Below are positions 1 through 8,695 of a stretch of DNA of 64,000 nucleotides, in pieces. The stretch is from contig JACPKF010000001.1 of NCBI GenBank assembly GCA_016187125.1, positions 238,178 through 302,177 on the forward strand. Reading direction: 5' to 3'. Origin of the DNA: Candidatus Saccharimonadota bacterium (GTDB lineage: Bacteria; Patescibacteriota; Saccharimonadia; Saccharimonadales; UBA10212). A program made the position numbers and the translations under genes. Position 1 is the first letter of the stretch. Every line of letters starts with the position of its first letter. The notes beneath the pieces are model-generated. The model ran no database searches and was not told the DNA's origin. It saw only the letters and a list, made by a program, of their open reading frames with translations.

Positions 1-8
1 ACAATTTA

Positions 9-85
9 TGGTGGAGACGATGGGAGTCAAACCCACGACCTCATGCCTGCCAGGCATGCGCTCTAATCAACTGAGCTACGTCCCC
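9..85 (-). tRNA. tRNA-Ala (anticodon GGC), CCA encoded
   Basis: The reverse complement folds as a cloverleaf. Acceptor GGGGACG/CGUCUCC, D stem GCUC/GAGC, anticodon stem CAUGC/GCAUG with loop CUGGCAG, T stem GUGGG/CCCAU, then ACCA. The D loop is AGUUGAUUA and the T loop is UUUGACU, both non-canonical. Confidence 0.9.
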
Positions 86-227
86 TCGTCGGAATCGACG
101 TGTCGGCTTCCATAACTCACTAGGAGTAAATTACTTTCAGCCTCAGGTCGCTTCCTCCTTTTCAATTCTACAAGCTCTGCTACGCACGATCTTATAGAAT
201 TGGTGTAAGAACAGGGGTATTATACCA
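86..227 (-). promoter_or_regulatory. tRNA leader module copy C with upstream extended -10 promoter
   Basis: Read on the minus strand: TGGTATAAT (plus 219-227), then CCAATT, an 11/12-bp hairpin (163-202), AATTGAAAAGGAG, and exactly 69 nt to the tRNA-Ala 5' end. About 50 nt of the leader are near-identical to the tRNA-Phe leader (GAAGCGACCTGAGGCTG ... TTATGGAAGCCGACACGTCGATTCCGACG). Confidence 0.6.
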
Positions 228-258
228 ATTTCAGTGGTAGTGTGCCATGCCCGCGTCG

Positions 259-2412
259 TTAAAAATGCAGCCTGCGTAGGAGTTGGGCGTTTAGGGCAAC
301 GATGATTGTCGATAGCGACATTAGCCCCGCGCCAACGGCTGGGGCTAGTACGATCCCATACTGATACAAAACACCTGCCGCCAGGGGGATGGCAACAACA
401 TTGTAGCCGGTTGCCCAAATAAGGTTTTGTTTCATCTTGCTATAGGTTGCCTTGGAGAGTTTTATAACCTTTACGACATCGCGCGGATCGCTTTTGACCA
501 GTATTATATCTGCCGACTTAATAGCCACATCGGTGCCGGCACCAATCGCCAGACCAATGTTGGCCTGAGTTAGAGCTGGCGCGTCATTAATACCGTCACC
601 AACCATAGCAACTTTTTGGCCACCAGCTTGCAGTTGTTTGACCCTCGCCACTTTGTCCTGCGGCTTAACCTCAGCAAAATACTGGTCCAGACCAAGTTGG
701 CTGGCAACGTAGCTGGCAACATCTTCTGAGTCACCAGTTACCATGGCCGTTTTAATATTTAACTTCCTTAAGGCGCCAATGGCCGTTTTTGATTCATCAC
801 GAATGACGTCTGCTAGAGCCAGCGCGCCGATAACATTATTACCTCTTAACAAATAAACTTCGGACTTGCCTTGCTTGGCAGCGGCTTTTATCTTTGATTC
901 AACGGCGGTCGGTACTACTAGCTTATTCTCTTCGATGTAGCGGCGGCTGGCAGCTACATAAGGCTTGCCGTCCTCAAGTACGCCCTTGACCCCTAAGCCG
1001 GGTAAGGCTGAAAAATTGGTAACCCGGCCGGCCAGCAACTTTTTTTCCTGGGCATATTTGACAATGCCTTTGCCGATGATATGTTCGCTGTTTTGTTCCA
1101 GGCTAGCGGCCAGCCGCAAAATATCATCTTGGCTGTAACCCTTTGTCGGCCAGATATCTGTCACTCCGTGCTCACCACGAGTCAGTGTACCGGTTTTATC
1201 AAACAAGACTATATCAAGGCTACGGGCTGACTCTAAGGCCAAGCGTTTACGGATGAGTAAACCGTTACGGGCCGACAGAGTCGTTGAAATCGAAACCACC
1301 AGCGGGATAGCCAGGCCCAGGGCATGCGGACAAGCGATGATTAAAACTGTGACGCTGCGTTCCAGCGCAAAGCCGCTGTCTTTGGCTACCGTCCAAAGCA
1401 AAAATGTTAACAACCCAACCACAATAGCGACGATAGTCAGAGCAAAGGCTGCTTTATCAGCCAGCATCTGGACGTTAGATTTTGAGGCTTGAGCCTCAGC
1501 CACCAAACGCATGATGCCAGCCAGAGCCGTATCTTCGCCGATTTTTGTAACTTTCACCGTCAGTGAGCCATCTTGGTTAATGGTGCCAGCCACCACCTCG
1601 TCGTTAACTGTCTTGCTGACTGGTTTAGACTCACCAGAAATAGCCGCCTCATTAACAGAGGAACTACCCTCAGTAATCTGGCCATCAACCGGTATAGCCG
1701 CGCCCGGTCGTACTAACACCAGATTGCCAACTTCCAACTGGCTGACCAGGACCGGCTGAGGTCTGCCATTAACTAATTTTTCAGCCTTATCTGGTATTAA
1801 TTGAGCAATGGCATCCAAAGCGCTTTGGGCTTTTTTGATAGAAGCCATTTCCAGCCAATGCCCCAGCAGCATGATGGTAATTAAAGTAGCCAGCTCCCAA
1901 AAGAAGGTTTGGCCTGATAAGCCGAATTGGACAGCCACGCTGTAAATAAAGGCTGTTGAAATAGCCAAGCTAATTAAGGTCATCATCCCCGGCCGGTGAC
2001 CCTTCAATTCGCCCAGCGCGCTCTTGATAAAAACTAGGCCGCCGTAAAGAAAAATAACTGTGCTTAAGACAAACGGAATATAGCCTGAACCGCTAAAGGC
2101 CGGCAGACTAAAATTCAACCATTGTTGGATAGTCACTGAATATGCCAAAACCGGAATCGTTAAAGTCAGGCTTAACCAAAATCGGTCACGAAACATCGCT
2201 ACCGAGTGTCCGGCGTGCTTGTCTCCCATAACCTTCTTGACCTTCCGAAGCTTTTTAGCGAAGGAGGTGGCAGAGGCGGATTTGTCAAGCTCAACATCAG
2301 GTTTTTTTGCCTGTGGGATCAACGACATGCCGCATTTGGGGCACGAACCAGGTTCATCTTGAATTACTTCTGGATGCATCGGGCAAGTGTAAATCGGCTG
2401 TTTATCGTTCAC
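259..2412 (-). CDS. heavy-metal-translocating P1B-type ATPase (CPH motif, CopB-like)
   Basis: 717-aa ORF. N-terminal CPMHPE...CPKCGM metal-binding motif, transmembrane CPH motif (IACPHALGLA), DKTGTLT phosphorylation site and GDGINDAP hinge. Confidence 0.9.
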   Translation of the reverse strand: MNDKQPIYTCPMHPEVIQDEPGSCPKCGMSLIPQAKKPDVELDKSASATSFAKKLRKVKKVMGDKHAGHSVAMFRDRFWLSLTLTIPVLAYSVTIQQWLNFSLPAFSGSGYIPFVLSTVIFLYGGLVFIKSALGELKGHRPGMMTLISLAISTAFIYSVAVQFGLSGQTFFWELATLITIMLLGHWLEMASIKKAQSALDAIAQLIPDKAEKLVNGRPQPVLVSQLEVGNLVLVRPGAAIPVDGQITEGSSSVNEAAISGESKPVSKTVNDEVVAGTINQDGSLTVKVTKIGEDTALAGIMRLVAEAQASKSNVQMLADKAAFALTIVAIVVGLLTFLLWTVAKDSGFALERSVTVLIIACPHALGLAIPLVVSISTTLSARNGLLIRKRLALESARSLDIVLFDKTGTLTRGEHGVTDIWPTKGYSQDDILRLAASLEQNSEHIIGKGIVKYAQEKKLLAGRVTNFSALPGLGVKGVLEDGKPYVAASRRYIEENKLVVPTAVESKIKAAAKQGKSEVYLLRGNNVIGALALADVIRDESKTAIGALRKLNIKTAMVTGDSEDVASYVASQLGLDQYFAEVKPQDKVARVKQLQAGGQKVAMVGDGINDAPALTQANIGLAIGAGTDVAIKSADIILVKSDPRDVVKVIKLSKATYSKMKQNLIWATGYNVVAIPLAAGVLYQYGIVLAPAVGAGLMSLSTIIVALNAQLLRRLHF

Positions 2413-3137
2413 TGCTTCTGGCCTCCATGTTCCGTTGGGCAGTTAGGCTCGTGGTTTCCCGGTTCTTCTTTGGTTAGCCGGCCGTCTTCAATAGTAATAA
2501 CTCGTTTAGCCACATCTTTTAAACGAGCGTCATGACTAACAATAATAACAGCTCGGCCCTCAGAGCAAGCAGTGTTGCAAAGCAGCTGCATGACTTCGTG
2601 GCCGGTTTTACTATCTAAGTTGGCCGTCGGCTCATCGGCTAGTATAACTGCTGGTTGGTTGGCTAGGGCTCGGGCTACCGCTACTCTTTGTTTTTCACCG
2701 CCGGATAAATTCTTCGGCAGACTATCCAGCCTTTCACCAAGCTGAAGCTTTTCCAGCAGTTCCTCAGCCTTCTTTAAAGCCGGCTTTTTTGATAGTCCGG
2801 CTATCATTAGCGGCACTGCCGCATTCTGCTGAGCAGTTAAAGCCGATAACAAATTGAATGATTGGAACATGAAGCCAAGATGATGAAGGCGCAAGTTAGC
2901 CAATTTGGCCCCCGACATTTCGGAAATATCCTCGCCGCCTATCCAGATTGTGCCGCCAGTTGGCCGCATCAAAGTGCCGAGCATGGAAATCAGCGTCGTT
3001 TTACCAGAGCCGGATGGACCCATAATTAAAATGATATCGCCGGCTTCAACTTTCAGGCTAACACCATTTATAGCCTTAACGGCTGTATGGCCTGAACCAA
3101 AAATCTTCGTGATATTCTTGGCTTCGATAATACTCAT
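2409..3137 (-). CDS. ABC transporter ATP-binding protein (MacB/LolD/FtsE-like)
   Basis: Walker A GPSGSGKTT, signature LSGGEKQRV, Walker B ILADEPT. The C-terminal tail HEPNCPTEH is Cys/His-rich. The stop overlaps the ATPase start by 4 nt. Confidence 0.9.
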   Translation of the reverse strand: MSIIEAKNITKIFGSGHTAVKAINGVSLKVEAGDIILIMGPSGSGKTTLISMLGTLMRPTGGTIWIGGEDISEMSGAKLANLRLHHLGFMFQSFNLLSALTAQQNAAVPLMIAGLSKKPALKKAEELLEKLQLGERLDSLPKNLSGGEKQRVAVARALANQPAVILADEPTANLDSKTGHEVMQLLCNTACSEGRAVIIVSHDARLKDVAKRVITIEDGRLTKEEPGNHEPNCPTEHGGQKQ

Positions 3138-3157
3138 CCCGGGCCCCCTGCGGAAAT

Positions 3158-3285
3158 ATTAACCCTTAACCTTTTACCATTTTCCATACATTTACCTTTA
3201 GCCATTAACCATGAAACATGGAAAACGGAGAACAGATAATGCATGGTGAAAGGGAAACAGTGAACGGTGAACGGAAATGACGTAG
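3158..3285. repeat. long imperfect palindrome built from TTACC/TTAACC/TTAGCC words and their complements
   Basis: The left half is ttaacccttaaccttttaccattttccatacatttacctttagccattaacc. The right half is atggaaaacgg...catggtgaaagggaaacagtgaacggtgaacgg. Same word family as 25685-25806. Confidence 0.6.
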
Positions 3286-4398
3286 TCATGCCTTGAATAC
3301 CTCTGCCGGATCAACGTCGGCAATTCGTCTAATTGGCATGTACGAAGCCAAGGTGGCCATAGCCAGCGTCAGGCCAAAAACCCAAAGCATGTCTAAAGCA
3401 TTAATTTGCGAAACAAATTGCGGTACAAAGTCACCAACAGTCGCCTGCAAACCAAAGGCAATTAAACTACCAGTTGCAAAACCTGTTAAACCGGCTATCA
3501 TAGCTTGCTTGATAACAACACCATAAAGTTGGCGATGACTCATGCCGATCGCCTTCAGTACGCCGTATTCCCGAATTTTTTCGACCACTGACGTGAAGAT
3601 GGTTAAGCCAATGACTGCCGTACCGACGACCGTGCCGATAATCAGCAGCACCAAAATTACCGGCAGAAAACTTTCGCGGATGAGCTTGGTGTTGTTAGAC
3701 ACAAATTGCTTTTTTGTAACTGCGTCAACACCGGGAAGATTGTTTTTGATATTGCTAATTGCCTGGTTTGGATCAGTGTTGTTTTTGAGCTGTACGGTAA
3801 AGAAATTAGTTGAGTTTGGCAAGCGTAAAATTTGTTCGGCATCCTCTTTAGCAGCAAAAGCGAACGAAAAAGTCACTACATCACCCCCTTCGGACAGTCC
3901 GACGACTTTGAATTTTTGCCCGGCAATATCAAGTGAATCATTTATTTTTATGTTTTTGTTCTTGGCTGTTATTCTATCGACGATAATTTCGCTGGCTTGC
4001 GGTACGTTTTGGCCGGTCGCGATGGCTGCGGGTAGGCCAGTTTGACGCTCGGCGTCATAGGCCACGATATATAGACCGACATCTTGTTGATTAGCTGTAT
4101 GGAAGGCTACGCGGCGACCGCTAAAGGGCTTTACACTGGCTATACCATCCAGGTCTGCAATTTTGGATTCATAATCTAACGGTAGAACTGACGGCGTATG
4201 GAACATATCTTCTGTTCCATCTTGCATCACCCATAGGTCGGCTGGTACCGACCGGATGTATTGACCCATTTTATCGTTCCAGCCTCTGTATAGACCGGTT
4301 AGCACCATAATCAGGACGATACTAAAAGCCACGCCGCCAACGCTAATTAACAGTCTGGTCTTTTCTTGAAAAAGATTACGGACAGCAATTAGGAACAT
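3286..4398 (-). CDS. ABC transporter permease, FtsX/MacB family
   Basis: 370-aa ORF. N-terminal TM helix, large periplasmic-type domain, then a C-terminal three-TM FtsX-like block. Adjacent to the ABC ATPase. Confidence 0.8.
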   Translation of the reverse strand: MFLIAVRNLFQEKTRLLISVGGVAFSIVLIMVLTGLYRGWNDKMGQYIRSVPADLWVMQDGTEDMFHTPSVLPLDYESKIADLDGIASVKPFSGRRVAFHTANQQDVGLYIVAYDAERQTGLPAAIATGQNVPQASEIIVDRITAKNKNIKINDSLDIAGQKFKVVGLSEGGDVVTFSFAFAAKEDAEQILRLPNSTNFFTVQLKNNTDPNQAISNIKNNLPGVDAVTKKQFVSNNTKLIRESFLPVILVLLIIGTVVGTAVIGLTIFTSVVEKIREYGVLKAIGMSHRQLYGVVIKQAMIAGLTGFATGSLIAFGLQATVGDFVPQFVSQINALDMLWVFGLTLAMATLASYMPIRRIADVDPAEVFKA

Positions 4399-4533
4399 TT
4401 AGTTTTTTTGAATTTTTTTAAATAGCCAAATACCTAGCAAAACTAGGTCAACTAAAATGACAACCCACAAAATTGCTCCAACAAAACCGTAGCCGCCCAT
4501 CATGTCGTGTCCCCAGTTTGATCCGCTCATCAT
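4399..4533 (-). CDS. small Met/His-rich membrane peptide (44 aa)
   Basis: Hand-translated as MMSGSNWGHDMMGGYGFVGAILWVVILVDLVLLGIWLFKKIQKN. AAGGA lies upstream. The stop abuts the permease start. Below the ORF-track size cutoff. Confidence 0.5.
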   Translation of the reverse strand: MMSGSNWGHDMMGGYGFVGAILWVVILVDLVLLGIWLFKKIQKN

Positions 4534-4563
4534 GATTTGTTTATCCTTTCATCTTCTTTTAGT

Positions 4564-4722
4564 TTACCGCCTATGATTATGATTCATACCAATCATCATG
4601 GTAATCATCATGATGGGGCATAGTAATAGAAGCAGTAGCAGCGCATTAATCTCAAATAGTTTAGCCAGTACTAAGGCTATGACAAATGCCGCCAGCATAA
4701 TGAAAATTAGTTTAGAACCCAT
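4564..4722 (-). CDS. small membrane protein, DUF2933-like (52 aa)
   Basis: Hand-translated as MGSKLIFIMLAAFVIALVLAKLFEINALLLLLLLCPIMMITMMIGMNHNHRR. The CPxMM...His-rich tail is typical of small proteins in metal-resistance operons. Confidence 0.5.
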   Translation of the reverse strand: MGSKLIFIMLAAFVIALVLAKLFEINALLLLLLLCPIMMITMMIGMNHNHRR

Positions 4723-4817
4723 TTCAATACCTACCTTCCTTCTGCGAACCAGATTCCAGGCAATCTAACTGATTTTTGCTTCGCGATGTACCAATGGGTA
4801 CAGCTTGTGGCAAGAAA

Positions 4818-5324
4818 TCAGTCATCTTTAACCTGGAATTGAGTCTCTCGAACTCCGAAGGAGGTATTGTCGCCGGGATGATTAATAAACTTATCGCGGC
4901 AGCCGCTAGCACAGAAATAGTATCTTTGGCCAAGGTAGTCGGTTTTATCAAAGGCCTCTGAAGCGCTTAATCTCATTGTGCAGACAACATCCTTGACAAT
5001 CGGGAAAAGTATCTTGGCCGGAAATTCATCACTGAAACCATATTGGTTTTGCAAAAAGTGATAAATCATCTCGACAGCTTTAGTAATTTTGTTGTCAGCC
5101 AGTGAATAATAAGCTTTTTGGCCCTGGCGTTTAACTTTTACCAGCCCGTGATGGCGCAGCAGAGTCAGGTGCTGGGAAAGATTTGGTTGGCTCAAGCCCA
5201 ACATTTGCACCATTTCATTAACATTAAGGCTTTGGTGCTTCAGCAGTTGTAAAATTTCCAGGCGCTTATGGTTAGCCAAGACCTTAAAAGTTTCTTCTTC
5301 TAAACCGATTACTTTCTGGTGCAT
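4818..5324 (-). CDS. ArsR/SmtB-family transcriptional regulator fused to a C-terminal TRASH/YHS-type metal-binding domain
   Basis: N-terminal wHTH (FKVLANHKRLEILQLL...NLSQHLTLLRHHGLV). The C-terminal part has C...YYFCASGCRDKF. First gene of the minus-strand metal operon. Confidence 0.85.
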   Translation of the reverse strand: MHQKVIGLEEETFKVLANHKRLEILQLLKHQSLNVNEMVQMLGLSQPNLSQHLTLLRHHGLVKVKRQGQKAYYSLADNKITKAVEMIYHFLQNQYGFSDEFPAKILFPIVKDVVCTMRLSASEAFDKTDYLGQRYYFCASGCRDKFINHPGDNTSFGVRETQFQVKDD

Positions 5325-5487
5325 ATTCGCTTCCTTTGGTCGCTCTAGCTGTTAGCTATTAGTCCTTAGCTAGTAGCAAAAATTGCAGTGGCTGTAAGCT
5401 TTCAGCTATTAGCTAGTGGCTAGTGTAGCATATATTTTTATATGCGAATACTTGAATATATTTATTATTAACTGTAGGCTTAAGTTG

Positions 5488-5916
5488 ATGTTCTATGTTT
5501 TTTTGGCAATTAGCCTAGTGTTCATCGCCAGCCTGGTTTTTAAGAGTCTGATAAAAAAGTCCTTTTGTTCCCTTTGTGTAGCAGTCGCATCTACTTGGCT
5601 GGCTCTGCTGGTTTTATATAAAATCGGCCGTTTTGGCAACCAAGTCCTGCTTGGACTACTAATCGGTCAAAGCATAACTGGTATTTTCTATTTTGCTTAT
5701 CAGCGCTTGCCAAAGTCGCTGCGAATCTTTAGCTTACCTTTTTTCTTATCACTGACAGCCATCCTCTACACGTTAATTACTAGCGAGGTTCAACTATCGG
5801 TTTTTATACTACTGACAATTTTATGGCTGGCGGCTTGGGTAATATTTACCTATCGCAATGACCCGGGCAAAAAAGGTATTGCCAGAATATTAGCTAAATG
5901 CTGTGAGGATATATAA
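5488..5916 (+). CDS. polytopic membrane protein with CxxC (CSLC) and C-terminal CC
   Basis: The ORF is open from 5416. An internal ATG at 5488 gives MFYVFLAISL..., about 4 TM helices, CSLC near TM1/2 and KCCEDI at the C-terminus. Function unknown. Confidence 0.45.
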   Translation: MFYVFLAISLVFIASLVFKSLIKKSFCSLCVAVASTWLALLVLYKIGRFGNQVLLGLLIGQSITGIFYFAYQRLPKSLRIFSLPFFLSLTAILYTLITSEVQLSVFILLTILWLAAWVIFTYRNDPGKKGIARILAKCCEDI

Positions 5917-5981
5917 AGTCATGGCTCCCGTTAGAGCTAAGTATTTTATCAAAGATAAAATCTGCCGGTTCATTACCGGTA

Positions 5982-6881
5982 GTGAACCGGAGCTCTAACG
6001 GGATGGAACTAGTCGCTGCCGCTTCGTTTGTCACTGCTTTCATCGCCGGTATGGCGGCGCTGTTCGCCCCTTGCTGCATCGGCGTGCTAATGCCAGCTTA
6101 CCTGGCCTCGGTCTTTAGAACCAAAAGCAAAATACTACTGATGACATTCGTCTATTTCCTGGGAATCTTAACTATCTTTCTACCGCTTGGCCTTGGCATA
6201 GCCAGCTTGAGTAGTTTCTTCACTGACAACCACGGATTGTTCTTCGCCCTTGGCGGTGCCTTCATGCTGCTGATGGGCTTGTCCCTGCTGCTGGGCAAAT
6301 CATTCATGCTGCCGGTCCATGTACACCCCAAACTGCAAAAATATGACTTTGGTTCAATCTATGTACTCGGCCTGTTCTCCGGCGTCGCCACCACTTGCTG
6401 TGCGCCGGTACTGGCTGGGGTTTTAGCCCTGTCCGCCCTGCCCGGCTCCATTTGGCTGGGTGGTCTGTATGCCCTCACGTTTGTCGTCGGTATGGTGGTA
6501 CCACTGTTTATCATTGCTGCCTTTATCGATCGCAGTCGCGTTATTAAGAGATTTGAGTCGCTTAAGCGTCGTGTCAGTTACACTTTGTTTGGCCGGCAAA
6601 TTTCACTAAGTCTGTCCCATCTAATTTCCGGTATTACCTTTACCGTCTTCGGTTTGTTTATCTTAATTTATGAGCGGGCAAATCCAGACGTCTTCGGCAG
6701 CGGCTACCAGCTGGAGATTAACCTGTTGGCAGCCCGTATTACCCGTTTCATTGACCGGATAGCCGGCTCAGTGCCTGAAGCAATTTGGGCTGTTTTATTT
6801 GTTTTGCTATTTTTGGCAATTGGCCGCGCCGCCTACCGCCAGGCCAGCAGCGAAATTAAGCTAAAGGAGAAAGATGAGTAA
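5982..6881 (+). CDS. CcdA/DsbD-like thiol-disulfide (or metal) transfer membrane protein
   Basis: 299 aa, multi-TM. Two intramembrane vicinal-Cys motifs, FAPCCIGV and TTCCAPVLAG. GTG start, with an alternative ATG at 6003. Confidence 0.6.
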   Translation: MNRSSNGMELVAAASFVTAFIAGMAALFAPCCIGVLMPAYLASVFRTKSKILLMTFVYFLGILTIFLPLGLGIASLSSFFTDNHGLFFALGGAFMLLMGLSLLLGKSFMLPVHVHPKLQKYDFGSIYVLGLFSGVATTCCAPVLAGVLALSALPGSIWLGGLYALTFVVGMVVPLFIIAAFIDRSRVIKRFESLKRRVSYTLFGRQISLSLSHLISGITFTVFGLFILIYERANPDVFGSGYQLEINLLAARITRFIDRIAGSVPEAIWAVLFVLLFLAIGRAAYRQASSEIKLKEKDE

Positions 6882-7461
6882 GCGGCTAATTATATTACTT
6901 TTATTAATAGCCGGCTTGATGTTCGCCGGAGCCAGTTTGACCGACAAAGGCAGTAACAATAGCGGTAAAAAAGGGTCCGCGGTACCACAATCGCTAAACG
7001 ATATGATCGGCAGACCGGCGCCCGACTTTAGTTTAACCTCCTATGACGGCAAATTATTTGCTCTTAGCCAACAACGAGGTAAAAAAGTTATCCTTTTTTT
7101 TAACGAAGGTATCATGTGCTATCCGGCTTGCTGGAACCAAATGGCTGCTCTCGGCACCGATGGACAACTTAACTCCGAAAAGGTTGTGTCTGTCTCCATA
7201 GTCACCGACGAGTCCGATGAATGGAAGATGGCTGTCAAGAAAATGCCGGAACTAGGAAAAGGCACTATTTTGATGGATTCAGACCGGAGAGTCTCAAATC
7301 AATACGGAATGCTGTCGCTGGCCTCGTCAATGCATAAGGGCACAATGCCTGGCCACACTTATTTGATCGTTGACGAACAGGGTGTTGTCCGCTACACGCT
7401 TGACGACCCGAAGATGGGTGTTCAAAATGATGTGTTAGTAAGTGAGTTAGCCAAAATCTAA
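6874..7461 (+). CDS. secreted thioredoxin-fold protein (redoxin/AhpC-TSA family)
   Basis: N-terminal signal/anchor, PAPDFSL...GKKVILFF...CYPAC (CxxC). Overlaps the upstream gene by 8 nt. Confidence 0.7.
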   Translation: MSKRLIILLLLIAGLMFAGASLTDKGSNNSGKKGSAVPQSLNDMIGRPAPDFSLTSYDGKLFALSQQRGKKVILFFNEGIMCYPACWNQMAALGTDGQLNSEKVVSVSIVTDESDEWKMAVKKMPELGKGTILMDSDRRVSNQYGMLSLASSMHKGTMPGHTYLIVDEQGVVRYTLDDPKMGVQNDVLVSELAKI

Positions 7462-7472
7462 GGAGGCGCGAC

Positions 7473-8093
7473 ATGAAATTGGACAAAAAAATGCTACTGG
7501 TCGGGGTTATTGGACTGGTCGTAGGCGCCTTGATAATTTTAGGTGAGAGATTCATAACCTATAAGCCGGAAAGGCAACCCCATTATCATGCTAACTTCGC
7601 TGTTTATATTAACGGGCAAAAAGAGCAGTTTAAGGATATCTTTTACTACATTAACGCTGAAAACGCCTGCTCCGCCACAGCGAAGCATAAAATGACGCCT
7701 TACGAGCGGGCGCATATGCACAACAGCGTAAATGATGTCGTTCATGTTGAAGATGAGGCCGTCACGTGGGGCCAGTTTTTCCAAAATATTGGCTGGGTAG
7801 TTGATCCCAAGATTATGCGCACACCAGATCAAGTTTTTCTGGCGGATGCCCAAAATAAAATCACGTTTATTATCAACGGTGAGCAGACAGACAAAGTCAT
7901 TAACAGCCTGATCGGTGACAAAGACAAGCTGTTAGTAGATTTTGGCGCGACGGATAACCAAACATTGCAAAAAGAATTTCAGATGATTGCTTCGACCGCC
8001 GGTAAATATGATGGTTCAAAAGATAGTGGATCATGCGGCAGTGCCAGTCAAGAAAAGAACAGCTGGAACGATCGCCTGAAACATATGTTTTAG
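7473..8093 (+). CDS. membrane-anchored extracytoplasmic His/Cys-rich protein, function unknown
   Basis: N-terminal TM helix, then HYHANFAVYINGQ...HMHNSVNDVVHVED. C-terminal GSCGS. Confidence 0.5.
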   Translation: MKLDKKMLLVGVIGLVVGALIILGERFITYKPERQPHYHANFAVYINGQKEQFKDIFYYINAENACSATAKHKMTPYERAHMHNSVNDVVHVEDEAVTWGQFFQNIGWVVDPKIMRTPDQVFLADAQNKITFIINGEQTDKVINSLIGDKDKLLVDFGATDNQTLQKEFQMIASTAGKYDGSKDSGSCGSASQEKNSWNDRLKHMF

Positions 8094-8170
8094 TTCTGGT
8101 TTACCACCCTTCGATCGTGAGCCTCAGGGTCGAACGATGAGCAAGGCAGAGATATCTCTGCCGGGTCGAA

Positions 8171-8246
8171 TGGTGGACCGAGTGGGATTTGAACCCACGA
8201 CCCCTGCAATGCGAATGCAGTGCTCTACCCCTGAGCTATCGGCCCC
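8171..8246 (-). tRNA. tRNA-Ala (anticodon CGC), CCA encoded
   Basis: Reverse complement GGGGCCGAUAGCUCAGGGGUAGAGCACUGCAUUCGCAUUGCAGGGGUCGUGGGUUCAAAUCCCACUCGGUCCACCA. Canonical cloverleaf with anticodon loop UUCGCAU. Confidence 0.9.
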
Positions 8247-8449
8247 AAAATACTATGGGGTAAAAAATGCCCGCTCCCTGCCCCGTAGTATCCCGACCTG
8301 TCGAGATTACTTCTGGGGTAGCCAGGTGACTGCATACCAAAGCCTTCTTGACCTCCGACTTGTCCTCAGAAGCACTTGCGAAGGAGGAAGCTTTAGCGGA
8401 GGGGGTGGAGTCGGCGGGAATTATAGTCCCCTAATCAGTTTCTATTTTA

Positions 8450-8695
8450 TCAGGCTTGAGGCCTCTCGTTCTTTAGAAAATTATAAGTGAGCACAAACAC
8501 CATACCGCCAATCCCTACCCCGGCAACCCAACTTAACGCCTCGCTATTAATTTGCTCCGTAACCATGCTAGCAACAACAAGGCCAGCCCCTGCTGCTATT
8601 GTGGCTCTTCCAAACTTCCTAGTCCGATGAAAGTTCTTTTCGGAGTCATACTCTGAAGTATCACCTAATTCTGGATTCCTACTCATTCTGATCAT
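8450..8695 (-). CDS. small membrane protein (81 aa), unknown
   Basis: Part of the 123-aa track ORF. The ATG at 8695 (MIRMSRNPELGD...) lies just after a TATAAT box. Two hydrophobic segments. The start is uncertain. Confidence 0.4.
   Translation of the reverse strand: MIRMSRNPELGDTSEYDSEKNFHRTRKFGRATIAAGAGLVVASMVTEQINSEALSWVAGVGIGGMVFVLTYNFLKNERPQA

Noticed and set aside
1253-1759. Plus-strand ORFs inside the P-type ATPase, and similar internal antisense ORFs throughout the track
   Set aside because: They lie fully inside strongly supported genes on the opposite strand and carry no motifs. They are typical shadow ORFs.
4724-4951. 75-aa minus-strand ORF overlapping the ArsR-TRASH gene, plus the ORFs 8907-9239 and 19369-19596
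   Set aside because: They overlap better-supported genes or tRNAs in another frame and have no RBS or motif support.
8247-8430. SRP (4.5S) RNA or 6S RNA in the long hairpin-like tRNA-Ala leader
   Set aside because: There is no GGAA/GNRA apical loop with the AGCAGCC/GGUCAGG symmetric-loop motifs. 6S RNA has no sequence core that I can verify by eye.
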